NCBI RefSeq assembly: GCF_036321535.1
Contig: NC_087436.1
Span: forward strand, 64,792,001 to 64,852,000
Direction: 5' to 3'
Origin: Camelus dromedarius
Lineage: Eukaryota
Length of the DNA stretch: 60,000 bases
Positions 1 to 11,762 of the stretch are shown here, one piece after another (position 1 is the first letter of the stretch; each line of letters opens with the position of its first letter). A program made the translations under genes and the position numbers. Under the pieces are notes generated by a model. It saw nothing but the letters and a program-made list of their open reading frames with translations. It searched no databases and was not told the origin of the DNA.

Positions 1-299
1 TGCTTCCTGGCTCTGTCCCTGCCAGCTCACTGGGAATCCTCAACCATGGGTGAGACAACCCTTTTCTCTCTTCATCACTCTGATGATTCGATGCCATTTT
101 TAAGCCCTTCTTCTCCCCTAGGTTTCTAGTTTTCTTTTATTTTACCAACTTGAATATTTTACACTCCTTTATTAATTGATCTGTAGGTCTTTCAGAGCCT
201 CCTCTCACAAAGCACTTCAAGCAGACTCCCCTTCGCTGAAATGGAGAACGTTATCTTCAGCTGTCTCATTGACAGATGGTCAAGATGAAGCCTGTCTTT

Positions 300-1150
300 G
301 TGCCAAACACTGAGTTTTCTGTTAAACTAGGACATGAATAATGATTAAAAATTTAGTATACATCAGGCCTGTGTTGATGAACATGAAAGCCACAATCTCT
401 GCTCAAGAAGCTTATATTATTAAGCATGGGAAATTAAAAACACCAAAACATGAAACAGGTAATTGTAATCTGGAGTAATATGCTAGAAACTGTTAGACAT
501 TTTGAGTGCTCTGGGAGCATTAGGGGAGGCAACTAATCCTGATTTGGAGGGTCAGAGGATGGTTCCTGGAAAAAATGTTCACCCTGTAGGATGAGACTTG
601 AAGGATCAACTCTCCTTAGAATAATGATGGGCAAGAGAGGCTAGGGCCAATGGCTTCGTGGAGAACACAGGTTTCAGAGAAGAAAGAAAAGCCTAAGGCG
701 AAGACTTGAAGAACAAGAGGGTGTCATGTGTAAAGTTCCAAGTGAATTTCAGAATGGCTAGATCATTGGTATGACAGGAGAAAGGGAAAAGACTGGGGAG
801 ATTAGCCAGACTCTGAGGACCTTGAGGGTCATTTTAAGAAATTTAGATTTTTATGTAAAGGACAAAGAGGAATTCCTGAAGTGGAATGCTATTTTTTTAG
901 GAGTGGTGTTCAGAAAGGTCATTCTCTGACTCATTGCCATGGTAAAAGGACAAATGGCAAGATTGGAGATGGATTGGCCAGGGCAGTATGGAGCCTATTA
1001 TAGGAATACAGTTGCACTTCATTCTGGGATTTGTCATACAGTGGACACGTTTAAGAACTATTCATGAGGTAAATCTCACAGCATTTGATGCTTGTTTGAA
1101 TGCGAATGTTGGTATGAAATGAGGGAGAGGAATTCCTGGTGCCTCTCATG
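300..1150 (-). mobile_element. Old L2 LINE fragment
   Basis: Purine-rich degenerate L2 antisense motifs (gtgctctgggagcat..ggggaggcaactaatcctg, tgagacttgaagga, attttaagaaatttagatttttat). Boundaries approximate. Confidence 0.6.
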
Positions 1151-2459
1151 TATAGATTCTTGGTTCTGAGGTTGACTATCAGACTTTAGGATCCTTTCAG
1201 AGTTTTTCTAAGGAGACCCTTCATTTTTGCATGAAAAGAAGTGACAAGTTAGAGTTTATAGTGGACTTACAGATTTTTGCCCTTCAATTAAGCCGCTGTT
1301 GCACATATAAGTTTTTTATTATAATCTTTATTGCTTAACCATTGCGTTGGATTTTTTTCTCCCACTCTCCCGTAGAATTAGATGGAACTGATTCTCACAA
1401 GCCTCACAGATCAAGAAAAAGATAGTAAACATATGGCTACAAATTAGTCAGCAAACCTTGTTATTTAAGAATGAAAGCATTTTGGTGAAGCCCCTGGGAA
1501 TCTTTCAGCTGGGATGCCTTGACAGTTTACTTCTGCTACTTAGGAGGAATCAGAGGCGATGGTCTTGTTAGAGACAATGCGGCAGCATTTTCCTACTCAG
1601 CTTATGTCTTCAACTATTTTCAGAGTTGCTTTCTGGTGTGATTCCAGAATGTTGTAAGGTGCTGAATTATTAGTAAATCCAGAGAAGAAAAAGCCCGAGT
1701 AAAAGCTTTTATAACTAGGAGATGAGAGAAAATCTCTGTCCAATGGATGATTTCGTCTCCCTTCTGAAGAATGACCTTAGACTGTCAAATCATACCAAAC
1801 ACGACCACAACACACACCACAAGGTCATTAGGAATTCACCTCCTGTTACCACGGGAGTTGGTAAGATCTGAGGTTGCAAAGCTCTGCAGATGGCTAGTCC
1901 TTGCAAACATTGTGGGAGCAGCACAATTCTTGGGTTTCTAGAGTGTGACAGAATTCTTTAATTTTTTATTAAAGGATGTAAACAGTTTACACAGTTGCCT
2001 GCATTTTCTAACAGAGAAAACTAGGTAGGTCGAATTTCAGAAAGCTACTAAGTACTCTTTTGACATGCCAATGTGTTCTTTGTGTGTTCTGTGGAGAACC
2101 ATGAACAAGTATAAAATTACTTTTCAAAAATAATACAAAACAAAACAATAAAAGAATAAATACCTGGATAACTTTTTGATTGCATTACAGGGAGGACTTT
2201 TAAAAGCACAAAATAAATGAAAGAAGTCACAAAAGATGGACAGTTTGTCTAAGAAACATTACACAAAAATTAATCAAATTGAATGTGGTGAAAAACTGGA
2301 AAGAAAAGATACGATTAAGAAATATGACAGAAAAATAGTTTAGAACCATAACCTTTTATTTTTAAAGAAACGAATCCACAAAGGAAATTTTAATATTTAG
2401 GGCAAAATTTGGAAATAGCTTACAGAGAAATACCAGTAGCCTGCAGGTATAGTGGGATG

Positions 2460-2900
2460 ACCATATGTTTTTTCCTTGAACTCTCCAGCAGTTATTTCCT
2501 TCTCTTCTGACATCACTCCTTGAAATTCATCTGGGGACTCCACTGCAACCCCAGTGGGGAACCATGTAATCTAGGCTTGAGTCAATCAGTAGTTCAGGGC
2601 TGAACATGTGTCCTAAGAGGGTCCATTCAGATCTTAGACTCTTTCTGGCGGCTACTAGTATAGAGGCTTTCTCACTGAGCTTGAGCCCAAGAATGTATGA
2701 AGTTGGAGTAACTGTAGCCTTCTTGCCACTCTGGAGCCTGAGAATAAACTTTATATACAGAAAAAAGTTGAGCATAGCAGGTAAAGAAAGAGACTGGGGA
2801 AGGATGACATTGTTTGGAGCCTAGAAATCCAGCTGTGCTTGGAAAGTGGTTACAACCTTTCTGCAGAACAATATGTTAACTGTTAGCTCATGTGACCCAG
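2460..2900 (+). mobile_element. Old MaLR LTR (MLT1J/K-like)
   Basis: Motifs catgtaatctaggc..tcaatcag, ggatgacattgtttggagcctagaaatccagctgtgcttgga resemble old MLT1 LTRs. Boundaries approximate. Confidence 0.45.
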
Positions 2901-3177
2901 AATATATAAATTAACACACTAAAAGAGTAACATACTCATATTGCATATATCTGCTTGATATAATTACTAATGATTTAATTTTCTTTTTTATCTCCTGAGT
3001 ACTTCTAAAATGACATGTATTAATTTTTTAATTTTTATCTTTTTGTATTTTATAAATCAGAAAAATACACATTATAATGCATAGTAATGCTAATTAATTT
3101 GATCAATTGTGTGAACATGACAGTATATATGAATTCAGTTAGACTGAAAAAACATTAATTCTCACAAATGTATGAAA

Positions 3178-4160
3178 TGTTACCAGAGTTAGCCAGATCG
3201 TGAGGACTGCAGATACAGGCCTCTAGACTGCCAAGTCTGCCCAAGATTTCTGACATCAGCTGCAAGTTTTGGAGGTTACCATAATCCCTCTGAATTTCAG
3301 CAATTAGCTAGAAGAACTCACAGAACTGGAAGTTAGTATACTCATGATTACAGATTATAACAGGATAAGACCACATATGAAAATATCAAGGGAAGAGATG
3401 CATAGGCAGAGTCTGGGAGGGTCCCAGAAGTGAATCTTCCACTGTCTTCTTGATGATTTACTCTCCTGGTGTTGATGTGTGACAATACACCAGAAGTCCT
3501 GCCAACCAGGGAAGTTTACCTGAGTCTCAGTGTCCAGGCTCAGGTAAACTTGAGGCTCCTCTACATAAGCATAATGGATTGACTGTTTGCCCTCGTGGGC
3601 TAACTCATTCACAATTAGATTACTCTATTAGGACTACCAGAACAAAATACCACAGACCGGATGACTCACACAACAGAAATTTATTTCTTATAATTCTGGA
3701 GGTGGGGATGTCCAAGATCAGTGTCTTGGTAAGACAGATTTCATTCTAAGGCCTCTTCTCTTGGTTTGTTGATGGCCACCACCTTGCTGTGGGCTCACAG
3801 AGAGAGAGCTGTCTGGTGTCTCTTAGAAAAGCACCAGCCTCATCAGACCAGGACCCCACCCTCATGAACTTATATAACCAAAATTACCTTCCCAAATGCC
3901 ATCATATTGTGGGTTAGGGCTTCAACATATGAATTTGGAAGGACACAAACATTTAACCTATAATACCATGTCAACTGATACTATGTGATTCAAAGCCCCT
4001 ACTCTAAACCGCATGGGTGGTCTTTCTAGTAGGACCAGCCGCACCCGAAGGTCCAGTGTGGCCAGAGCCCCCACATTTAAACAAAGACATAGATTACCTG
4101 GCAGAAGCTGAGGGCAAAGGCAGAATTCTCTTGGGGTAAGGTCAAATTCTTTACCACTCA
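3178..4160 (-). mobile_element. MER21-family LTR, interrupted by an MLT1A LTR
   Basis: MER21-type motifs ctagaagaactcacagaact, cataggcagagtctgggagggtcc, gccaaccagggaag, and the terminus ggtaaggtcaaattctttaccactca. Confidence 0.7.
3620..3965 (-). mobile_element. MaLR LTR MLT1A/MLT1A0, nested in MER21
   Basis: aacaaaataccacagac..caacagaaatttatttct..ttctggagg..gtccaagatca ... gggttagggcttcaacatatgaatttgg..ggacacaaacatt matches reverse-strand MLT1A. Confidence 0.8.
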
Positions 4161-5585
4161 GTTGCCACATATATGTGGCTATTTAAAAAAAAAAACAAAA
4201 CAAAAAAAAACAGGTTTAATTTAGTAAAATACAATATAGGAACTTTATTTTTTACCCTTTTCTGTGTTCTGATAAGGGCTCTTTTTTCGCCACCTGATGA
4301 CAATACCTCTGGCAGATCCTGTGGCTATATACAGTCAATGTCAAACTACAAAATGGTCTTATTTAATCTTATATAAATGTTAAAGCTTTTCCTCTCCCTT
4401 TCCTCACACCACATCTGCAGCCTGTTACCTGCAGTAGGGATGAGACCTCGTCTCTCTTTCTCTTTCCCTCCACCTCCTTCCCAATCCTTCTGATACTGCC
4501 AAGATAGGGTTTAGAGGCAATAGAGAAATAGAGCAAGTATTTTCATTCTTTGGATGCCAGTGTAAACTGGCTCTGAATACTGTCATGTCAGGCACGCGTG
4601 GGTTTATGTAGGTTCATACACCACAGATAATACTTTTGGGCTGGCCTCTTTTCACCCTTTTATTAGTTTTGTCTTCCCATTGGTTCTGTCCACAGCTCCA
4701 GTCAAGATACTTACCCACAGTGGCGTCCTCCTGACCTAAGGGAACTCATGCCTCCTGGCTCCACAAAATGCCAAATTTAGCAAAATTTTTCAAGTTGATA
4801 GGAAACGCCTCATTCAACATCCCATCAAATGGCCCATAACATATGACATATGCTACTCTGTTCATTTACTGCTCAGAAGAACCAAGGGATATGGCCACCT
4901 GCTTGCTGTGCCGTACCCTCCCTTCACTTTGTCATCAAGTGTTACCAAGGCTGGCACCATCCCCTCTGAATTTCCCAAGACCAGTGTGTACAGTTTTTCT
5001 TTTCACGTTACCCCCAAATCTGGAAAACTCAGATCAGTTTTTCTTAAGAATTCTCTCATGATTTATGTCATTAGATTTGTAGCTTTATAAGCATAAGGTC
5101 CAAATAGTGAGAGGGATGCTAGTCTTCCCTCTTACAGAAAACTCTTGTTTATGTGAATGATTTGGGGGGGGAACCTCTCTTCACTTGGCAGTGGTGGGAC
5201 AGCAGAAACACTCTTTCCTTTCCATGGAGGAAGGAAAGAGTGAGGTACAGACTTCTGTACTCTTATGTATTTCCTTTAAGCAATTTCCTCACTAATCTTC
5301 CAGTCATTTTTAAGAAAGACTGAAAGTGGTTGATGGTGGTTGGTAGTCAACAAACCAATTTAAACGTGTTGTTAAGTTCTGTGGGAGTTTTCGTAGCTCT
5401 TTTTGAGTGTGGGAGTTATTTATCACCTACTGTCTGCAGCTTTTGGGGATTTAACCAAAATTTTCAAATTGATAGAAAAATGTCTTACTAAATATCCTAT
5501 TACATATGGCCCATATTACTATGTTCATTTGCCATCCAGAGAAACCAAAATATTGAACTAACTTAGGTGAAAAATACTATTTCTG

Positions 5586-5695
5586 ATTATTATTATTATT
5601 TTTTAATTGAAGTACGGTCAATTACAATGTGTCAGTTTCTGGTGTGCAGCACAATGTCCCAGTCATGCATATACATACATACATTCGTTTTCATA
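5586..5695 (-). mobile_element. Very short 5'-truncated young L1 3' end with (AAT)n-like tail
   Basis: 5606-5695 is 83/90 identical to 50551-50640, the 3' end of the L1 in this window. Tail at 5586-5605; possible short TSD tgatt (5584-5588 / 5696-5700). Confidence 0.85.
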
Positions 5696-5799
5696 TGATT
5701 GATAGATCTTATTCAAATCTAGCACTTCCTAATGCTGCTTTAGAGAAGGACTCTTCTGAAGGAGGGATCTGCAGGTTCCCAGCATAGAGGAGATGCTGA

Positions 5800-6270
5800 G
5801 AAATCACAACAATGATCTGCACCAAACCACCCGGAAATTCAGTGGATTAAAATAACACTCATTTATTCTTGTGCACCTGTTTGTCCTGTGGGGCTTGGCT
5901 GATCTCAGTTGAACTTGACTAGTGGTGCAGACAGTGGTGCCTCAGGTCCTGTTTCTAATTAAAGACTGAAGGCAGAGTGGGCATCTTCAGTGTCTATCAT
6001 TTTCCTTGTGTCAGAGAGGTAGCTAGAGATGTCCTTTCCTCTCACAGCACTTTCAAGATAATAAGCACAAACAGGTGTGTCCTTTTAAGGTCCAGGCTTG
6101 ACACTGGCACACTGTTACTTACCAAGGTCCCATAGGCCCTTAGTCAAAGGAAGTCATTTGACCAAGCCAAATTCAAGGAGTGGTGAAATACACCCATGAG
6201 GAGGCCACAGCAAGGTGTGAATGCAATGAGCACAGAAGAATCAGGGCAATAACTCAGTTCAGTCTAAAAT
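5800..6270 (-). mobile_element. Old MaLR LTR (MLT1G/H-like)
   Basis: caaaccacccggaaattcagtggattaaaataacactcatttatt ... ccttttaaggtccaggcttgacactggcacactgttactt ... aagtcatttgaccaagccaaattcaagg. Confidence 0.65.
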
Positions 6271-6494
6271 AGCACTGTTTGATGAAGATTTTGCAAACTT
6301 TTTTTTAACCATGAAGTTTTTTTCTTTTTTTAAATGCAATACCTAATAAAATCGTAAATACTCTGGGAAATGTTATTCTAGACTATTCTCCAAAAGTGGA
6401 CAATAAATTGCCTATTGGGTCAGAGATAAATTCTAATGGTTTACTTCAACAATAGGCAAACTTACTCCAAACAAGTAATGATGAAGTCATTAAA

Positions 6495-6670
6495 CAGGCT
6501 TCAAATTTGGAGTCAGAGGCTATCTGTGCCACCATTTATCTGAGTGACCATGGATGAGACACTTCACTTCTCTAAAGTTTACCTTCCCCACATGCATATC
6601 TAAGATAAAGGATAATGAAATTCCACTTCAATGAAAAGCAGTGATGAGTAAAAGAGATAGTATGAATGAT
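6495..6670 (+). mobile_element. MIR SINE fragment
   Basis: MIR core: tttggagtcaga..ctgtgccaccatttatctgagtgaccatggatgagacacttcacttctct..ggataatg. Confidence 0.55.
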
Positions 6671-6829
6671 GAGCTAATTCTCAATTTTCTATATTGTCTT
6701 GTTTATTTTTCACCAGGGTCATCTGTGTATTAAATTTCACAGCCCCTAGGTCTTTTCTTAACTGAGTCAACCCCCTTTAGTTTCAGACAATAGCTGTGAA
6801 CTTTTCAGTGCTTTATAACCTGTATCCTG

Positions 6830-8100
6830 CAACTTTTTTTCTTCCTCACCACCTCCTGCTCCATTCCGGTTGCAGTCATCTCAGACTTGGACAATCCCAG
6901 TAGTTTCCTAACCTGGCTCCTCATATCTCCTGTTGCCTTACCATCCACCAACCCATTCTCCAGAAAGTACTCATGTAGTACCATAAATAGAAATCTCACG
7001 TTCATACATATGTGCAGATACACACACGTGCATGCACACACGTCTCACTGTTCTTAAAAAAGTCAAAATCCTTAACATGAGATACAAGATACAAGGTCTT
7101 GCATTGTATTTGATCCCTATTTTTCTCCATTTCTTGCAACAGCCTTCTCAATGTTTTTACAACAGCCACATCAATCCAACATTTCCCTTAAAGTGCCAAA
7201 CTATCACCTGTCCTAGAGTTTCCCCTCCCAGGAGTCCTCTCTCCCCTTCACTAATTAGCTCTCCCTCTCTTCCACATCTCAGTCAATCACCCCTTCCTTG
7301 GTCAAGCCTCTCAGGACTTCTTACTTTGATCAATTCCTCCAGTATGCATTCTCAGAATCACCATGTGCCTTCCTGACATGTTTGTAGGATAAGAAAAATT
7401 TCTTTTCCTCTGTTCATTTTAGGTTCTCTAGCTAGGGCTTTGTAAATTAGACTGGCCAAAGACAGATTAACAAGAGAAAAAAAGTTTATATACATGCGTC
7501 ACATGTGCACACATAAAAATGCCCAGTGATGAGTAAGCCAAAGGGCTGTTTAGAATTTTAATTTACATAACATCTTAAGAAACCAATGGAAAATAAGTTT
7601 AAGGCTTCCAGGCAGAGAGGGTTACCAGGAAAAGTATAGGAAGCAAGGGTTTAGTAAGGTTATTTTTGCAAATTAAGTCAGTAGCTGCCTTCTCCATTGA
7701 CAAGAGGTATTAAAAGTCCTACTCTTCCTGGTATGGGAGAGGGAGACATTTTTACACATGGAAATTTCCTTTATAAATGTGTGTTTCCTTCACAGTAGGA
7801 AAACTTGTGCCCTGTTTTTAGCACTTTTTCTGCATCTGCTGGTTCTCTTTGCCCTTTAGCTCAAAATAATCCATACACAGAGGTGTATTTTCAGGTGGCA
7901 TATTCTTGTATCCTTCACCTTACTTATTACAATGGCAGTGTTATACTTCTTTGTGCAATCATTTAATTAATGTCTCTCTTACCAACTTGAATATAGGCTC
8001 CAAGAGGACAGGAAACATGCTATATTTAGTCACCATGATAGAATTAATGTCTTGCAAAGCATCTCCCCCAAAATTAGGAAATAACGTTTAGTGAATTATT
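6830..8100 (+). mobile_element. L2 3' region split by an LTR insertion
   Basis: Pyrimidine-rich L2 motifs before 7383; the L2 3' end (atttaattaatgtctctct..gctccaagaggacagg) resumes after 7917. Confidence 0.6.
7383..7917 (-). mobile_element. ERV1 solo LTR (MER34/MER39-like)
   Basis: TG..CA ends (tgtagg..ccttca). Shares blocks gacagattaacaa, tctccattga, ggaaatttcctttataaat and gctcaaaataat..ggtggcatattct with the 13995 copy; related to the 26822 copy. Confidence 0.75.
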
Positions 8101-8304
8101 TTAATTATTATTTCCTATAGTATAATATAAGAATAATTTATAATATCTAGGGTTATATTATTGTAGCACAAGGAGAAAAAAGTAAATATCTTGTATAGAT
8201 ATTTCTTTCTTATCATAGAATGATTCCAACTTTCTTCCTTAGAGTCTGATTCTTTTTTTAATTCAAATTTTCCCTTAAATTATGCCTCAGTAAGAAAGGT
8301 CTAC

Positions 8305-8877
8305 TATTACTGAACAAAAGTTCATGTGCCTGATGCACACTGAGGTCAAACAAACTGAAACGTTGGAGTTTGGAGCAGAGACAGGTTCATTGCAGCACCA
8401 ACCAAGAAGAATGAGTGGCTCATGCTTAAAATAATCCAAACTCCCTGATGGCTTTCAGGGAGAAGTTTTTATAGGCAACACTGGTGTAAGGGCTGCAGGG
8501 CAGTGACCTCCTTCTGATTGGTTGGTGGTGAGGTAACAGGGCAGTGTTCCAAAAATCTTGTGCTTAACCTGAAGTTGCCATCCTGCACTGGGTGGGGGCC
8601 TTAGTTCCTGCAGAAGAACTCAAAGATACTGTTATGCATACACCTTGAACAGGCACTGGGATCCTGCTTTAATAGCAGCGCTATAGTTTCTTGATTGCTC
8701 CTCCTGTGTTTCTGCATTCCTTTACTTCCCTGATTAGCAATTGTTTGAATCTGCTCTTTGGAACTCAGGGAGGGCGAGGAGGCTGAAACCTTTGTCCTAC
8801 AAGTAAGAAATAGGAGACATGGAAAGACTTTTGTGCCCAGGAGGGTCCCACTCGACTGAAGGTCCTGTTTGGTTTCA
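8305..8877 (-). mobile_element. ERV1-type solo LTR
   Basis: Ends tattactgaac..ggtttca; near-TSD ctac/ctat. Shares tgattggttggtggtgaggtaacagggcagtgt with 43730 and ttagttcctgcagaagaact with 9495. Confidence 0.75.
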
Positions 8878-8884
8878 CTATCTT

Positions 8885-9494
8885 TGTTAGAGGATAGAGA
8901 GACCCCTAAATGAGGAGGCCCACCTAAATGTGGGTCCTTGCCACTGGCTGTGAAAGGATTCACAGGAAAGATAGAGGGACAAAGTGAATGGCTGCTTTAT
9001 TGCTCAGAAGAGGAAAAAGGAAAAAATGGTGCTCAGGCAGGGAACAGGAAAGAGAGGTAAACAGAGAACAGGCGCGCGAGCGGGGAGCCGCCAGCCAGGA
9101 TGGCCGGTCGGGCAGCTCTAGCTCCGGGGAGGGCCGCGTGGACTTTTCTGGGACACTTCTGCCGTCATGTTCTCCTTCTGGGTGTGCTGGAGCCAGTCAC
9201 CTTTTTTTTCATCCTTGTATGAGCTTTTCTGGTTGTTATCATGGCAATCATCAACTGTCATGGTGCTGGTGGGTGTGTCATTTAGCATGCAAGTACATTA
9301 TAATAAGTGTATAATGAGGCTCAAGGTCTGCTGGAAGTCAAATACTCTGCCATCTTGGGTTCAGCTGGTTCTAACCAGTTCTTATTTCTTCTCTCTGCAG
9401 CTGCCTCCTGAGAATTAGATAAGAGTAATTGGCTTCTATTCATTGTGGGGTGGGAGTGGCAAGGGTATGATGGGGGCAAACAGCCTTAGTTACA
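8885..9494 (-). mobile_element. ERV1-type LTR with a CpG-rich core
   Basis: tgttag..ttaca ends; minus-strand AATAAA at 8996-9001; catggtgctggtgggtgtgtca motif; CpG cluster at about 9070-9170. Confidence 0.65.
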
Positions 9495-9892
9495 AAAAGG
9501 AAAGTTGCTTTTGATCAGAATGCTGGCAATCTGGTGGACCCAGTGTCCTCTTGGGGGCAGGGATGCATCTCTAAAGATTCTGCTCAGCCATAAACAGGAG
9601 TCAGGAGTTGAGGGGGTGGGGTTAGTTCCTGCAGAAGAACTTAAAGGTATTATTAAATATACTCCTTGAGGAGGAACCAGGACCCTGCCCCAAGGCTGCC
9701 CTATTGTTTCTTGGCTACTCCTCCCTCCTTCCTGCATTCCCTCCCCTCCTTAATTAGCAACTGCTTGAATCTGACCTTTGGAACTCAGGGAAGGTCCAGG
9801 AGGCTAAATGAAGCCTATTTCCTACAAACAAGAAATGGGGAACATGGAAAGAATTGTATCAGGAATGCCCCATTGGGTCCTGCTCAGTATCA
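9495..9892 (-). mobile_element. Partial ERV1-type LTR related to 8305-8877
   Basis: Collinear similarity with 8600-8877 (attagcaactgcttgaatctg..tttggaactcagggaagg..ggaggct); ends ggtcctgctcagtatca. Confidence 0.7.
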
Positions 9893-11264
9893 TCTTTTTT
9901 TATGGCTTCCTTTTCTTCCTTCTTTCACATCACTCTGTTCTTTCATCATTAAAACCTCTCTTTTAACACTGAACCCTAAGCTAAACTGATTCCATATCCC
10001 CAAATCCTGAATTTTGATAAATCCCAAGGGCTTCCCCGCCAATCTAAAAAAACTCACTAATTTACATGAATGGATGAAGTCTTTACCATCTTAAATTCCT
10101 GTTTAATTAGTTTCAGAAGAACAGACCCATGTTATGTCTATTTCTGTTCCTTTCCTCATCTGTGACAGGGGAATGAGTCATTAGAATTTTAATATCTGCA
10201 TTACATGCCAACAGTGGTCTGTTATGCTTTAACTACTTAAATATTCTGAATTCTTACTGGCTAATCTATTCTACCTTTTATTGTAAGAAAACGGGAATGG
10301 TTTCTGCTAATCAAACAAGAGAGCATGGAAAAGGTGAAATGAGTGCAAAATCATCTGTCGATCACTAAATGGTGACAGAATTAGAAGGCTTGCTTTTGTG
10401 ACTGAGATTGAAATTGGAACATAGAATGTCACCACATGAATCCTATAGATTGACAATGAATGTAGCTGGAGTAGGAATGGTGAAGAAGTACCTATTTTTA
10501 AACAATTATGCTGCATATGAAAATTCTAAAAGAACAAACACATTATTTAGCCACACGAAAGTGTTCAAATGATAAAAGGGTGGTGATCTTATGCTGTTTT
10601 GAACTCATCTGAATGCATTTTTTTTTTTTTTTGGCTAAACGCTTAAAAAGAAGTCAAGTCCTATTCTTGAAGCAATTTATAAATTTCACTACTAAGGTAG
10701 TATATCCTTTCAATTTGATCATGAGCTTATATTTTTAAATTCAGAAATACTTGATCTGAGTTTGTAAATTGTAAAGTGCTATTTTTAGAAATGAATTTGT
10801 CTCTATTTTATTTATTGTTTGGCTACATTTTAGTCCACACACTCTTTTCTCCCAGAAGGGCTGCCAAATAACACTCCTTCAGACTTCTAATTTATCATGT
10901 ATTTAAATGGACTTTCAAATAAATCATTCTACAGGTTCTCATTTCCTTTGCTGGGGATTAGTTCAAATTTGCTTTTAACTTATTTCTCATTGTTTTTAAA
11001 AGTCACAACAATGGATCTCTGCCATCATTTCAGGACTGAAAGCTATATATACCAGCCACCAAATTAGATTTTTTTTTTAAAAAAAAGACATTCGTGTTAT
11101 CTGTGGACAATCAGAATGATTGTTTTTCCTTCTACTGTCTACTGCAGAATTCCTTTTCCTGTTGTACTGTGTTTCAGAACCTTCATTGTAGAAAAAGGAG
11201 AGGAGATGAAACTGCAAGAGTGAGGTTCAATATAATGACTCAATGAAGTCTGTGGTGTTATCTA

Positions 11265-11762
11265 TGTTACTGAGCTCAGTTTCAGCTGCTCATCGCTCAG
11301 CAATCCAATACTGAGAGACAAGTGTTGAGCAACGTAAAAATAGCTTTATTGAGGAAGCCAGCAATTCTAGAGAAAAGGTAGATTCATGTCTCAAAGAACC
11401 AACTCCCAGCTTTTACTCAGAGATTATATAGGGAAAAGAGGAAGGGACTACCTACTAGGGAGGAGTCATCATCCATTTCCAGAGAAGATTGTCTCAATCA
11501 CGTGGTTCCAAAGAGCTGTGCCTTAAATCTCTGTTCAGCTATTTCTGTAGAACAGGGAACAAGGGTGAAGCCTATAGGACAACTAATCTTCAGTCTCAAT
11601 AACCAGCAACAGCCTTCTCCATCAGCAGCAAGCTAAGCTAAGTTAATGGTAGAAGTCAGGCATGGTAAGCGTAAGATTATAGCTGTATCATAACAAAGAA
11701 GTAGAGTTGGAATAATGCTGAGGATCTGAGAATACCTAGTTAGTCTCACTGCCTCAGTTACA
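11265..11762 (-). mobile_element. ERV1-type solo LTR
   Basis: tgttactgag..cagttaca ends; minus-strand AATAAA at 11345-11350; TSD not cleanly readable. Confidence 0.65.

Noticed and set aside
8305..9892. Two related LTRs as the ends of one provirus
   Set aside because: They are too divergent, the left one has its own near-TSD, and the intervening DNA is another LTR with no PBS or internal genes.
8601..9989. Cluster of 83-120 aa ORFs
   Set aside because: They lie within GC-richer LTRs, with no gag/pol/env or host protein similarity.
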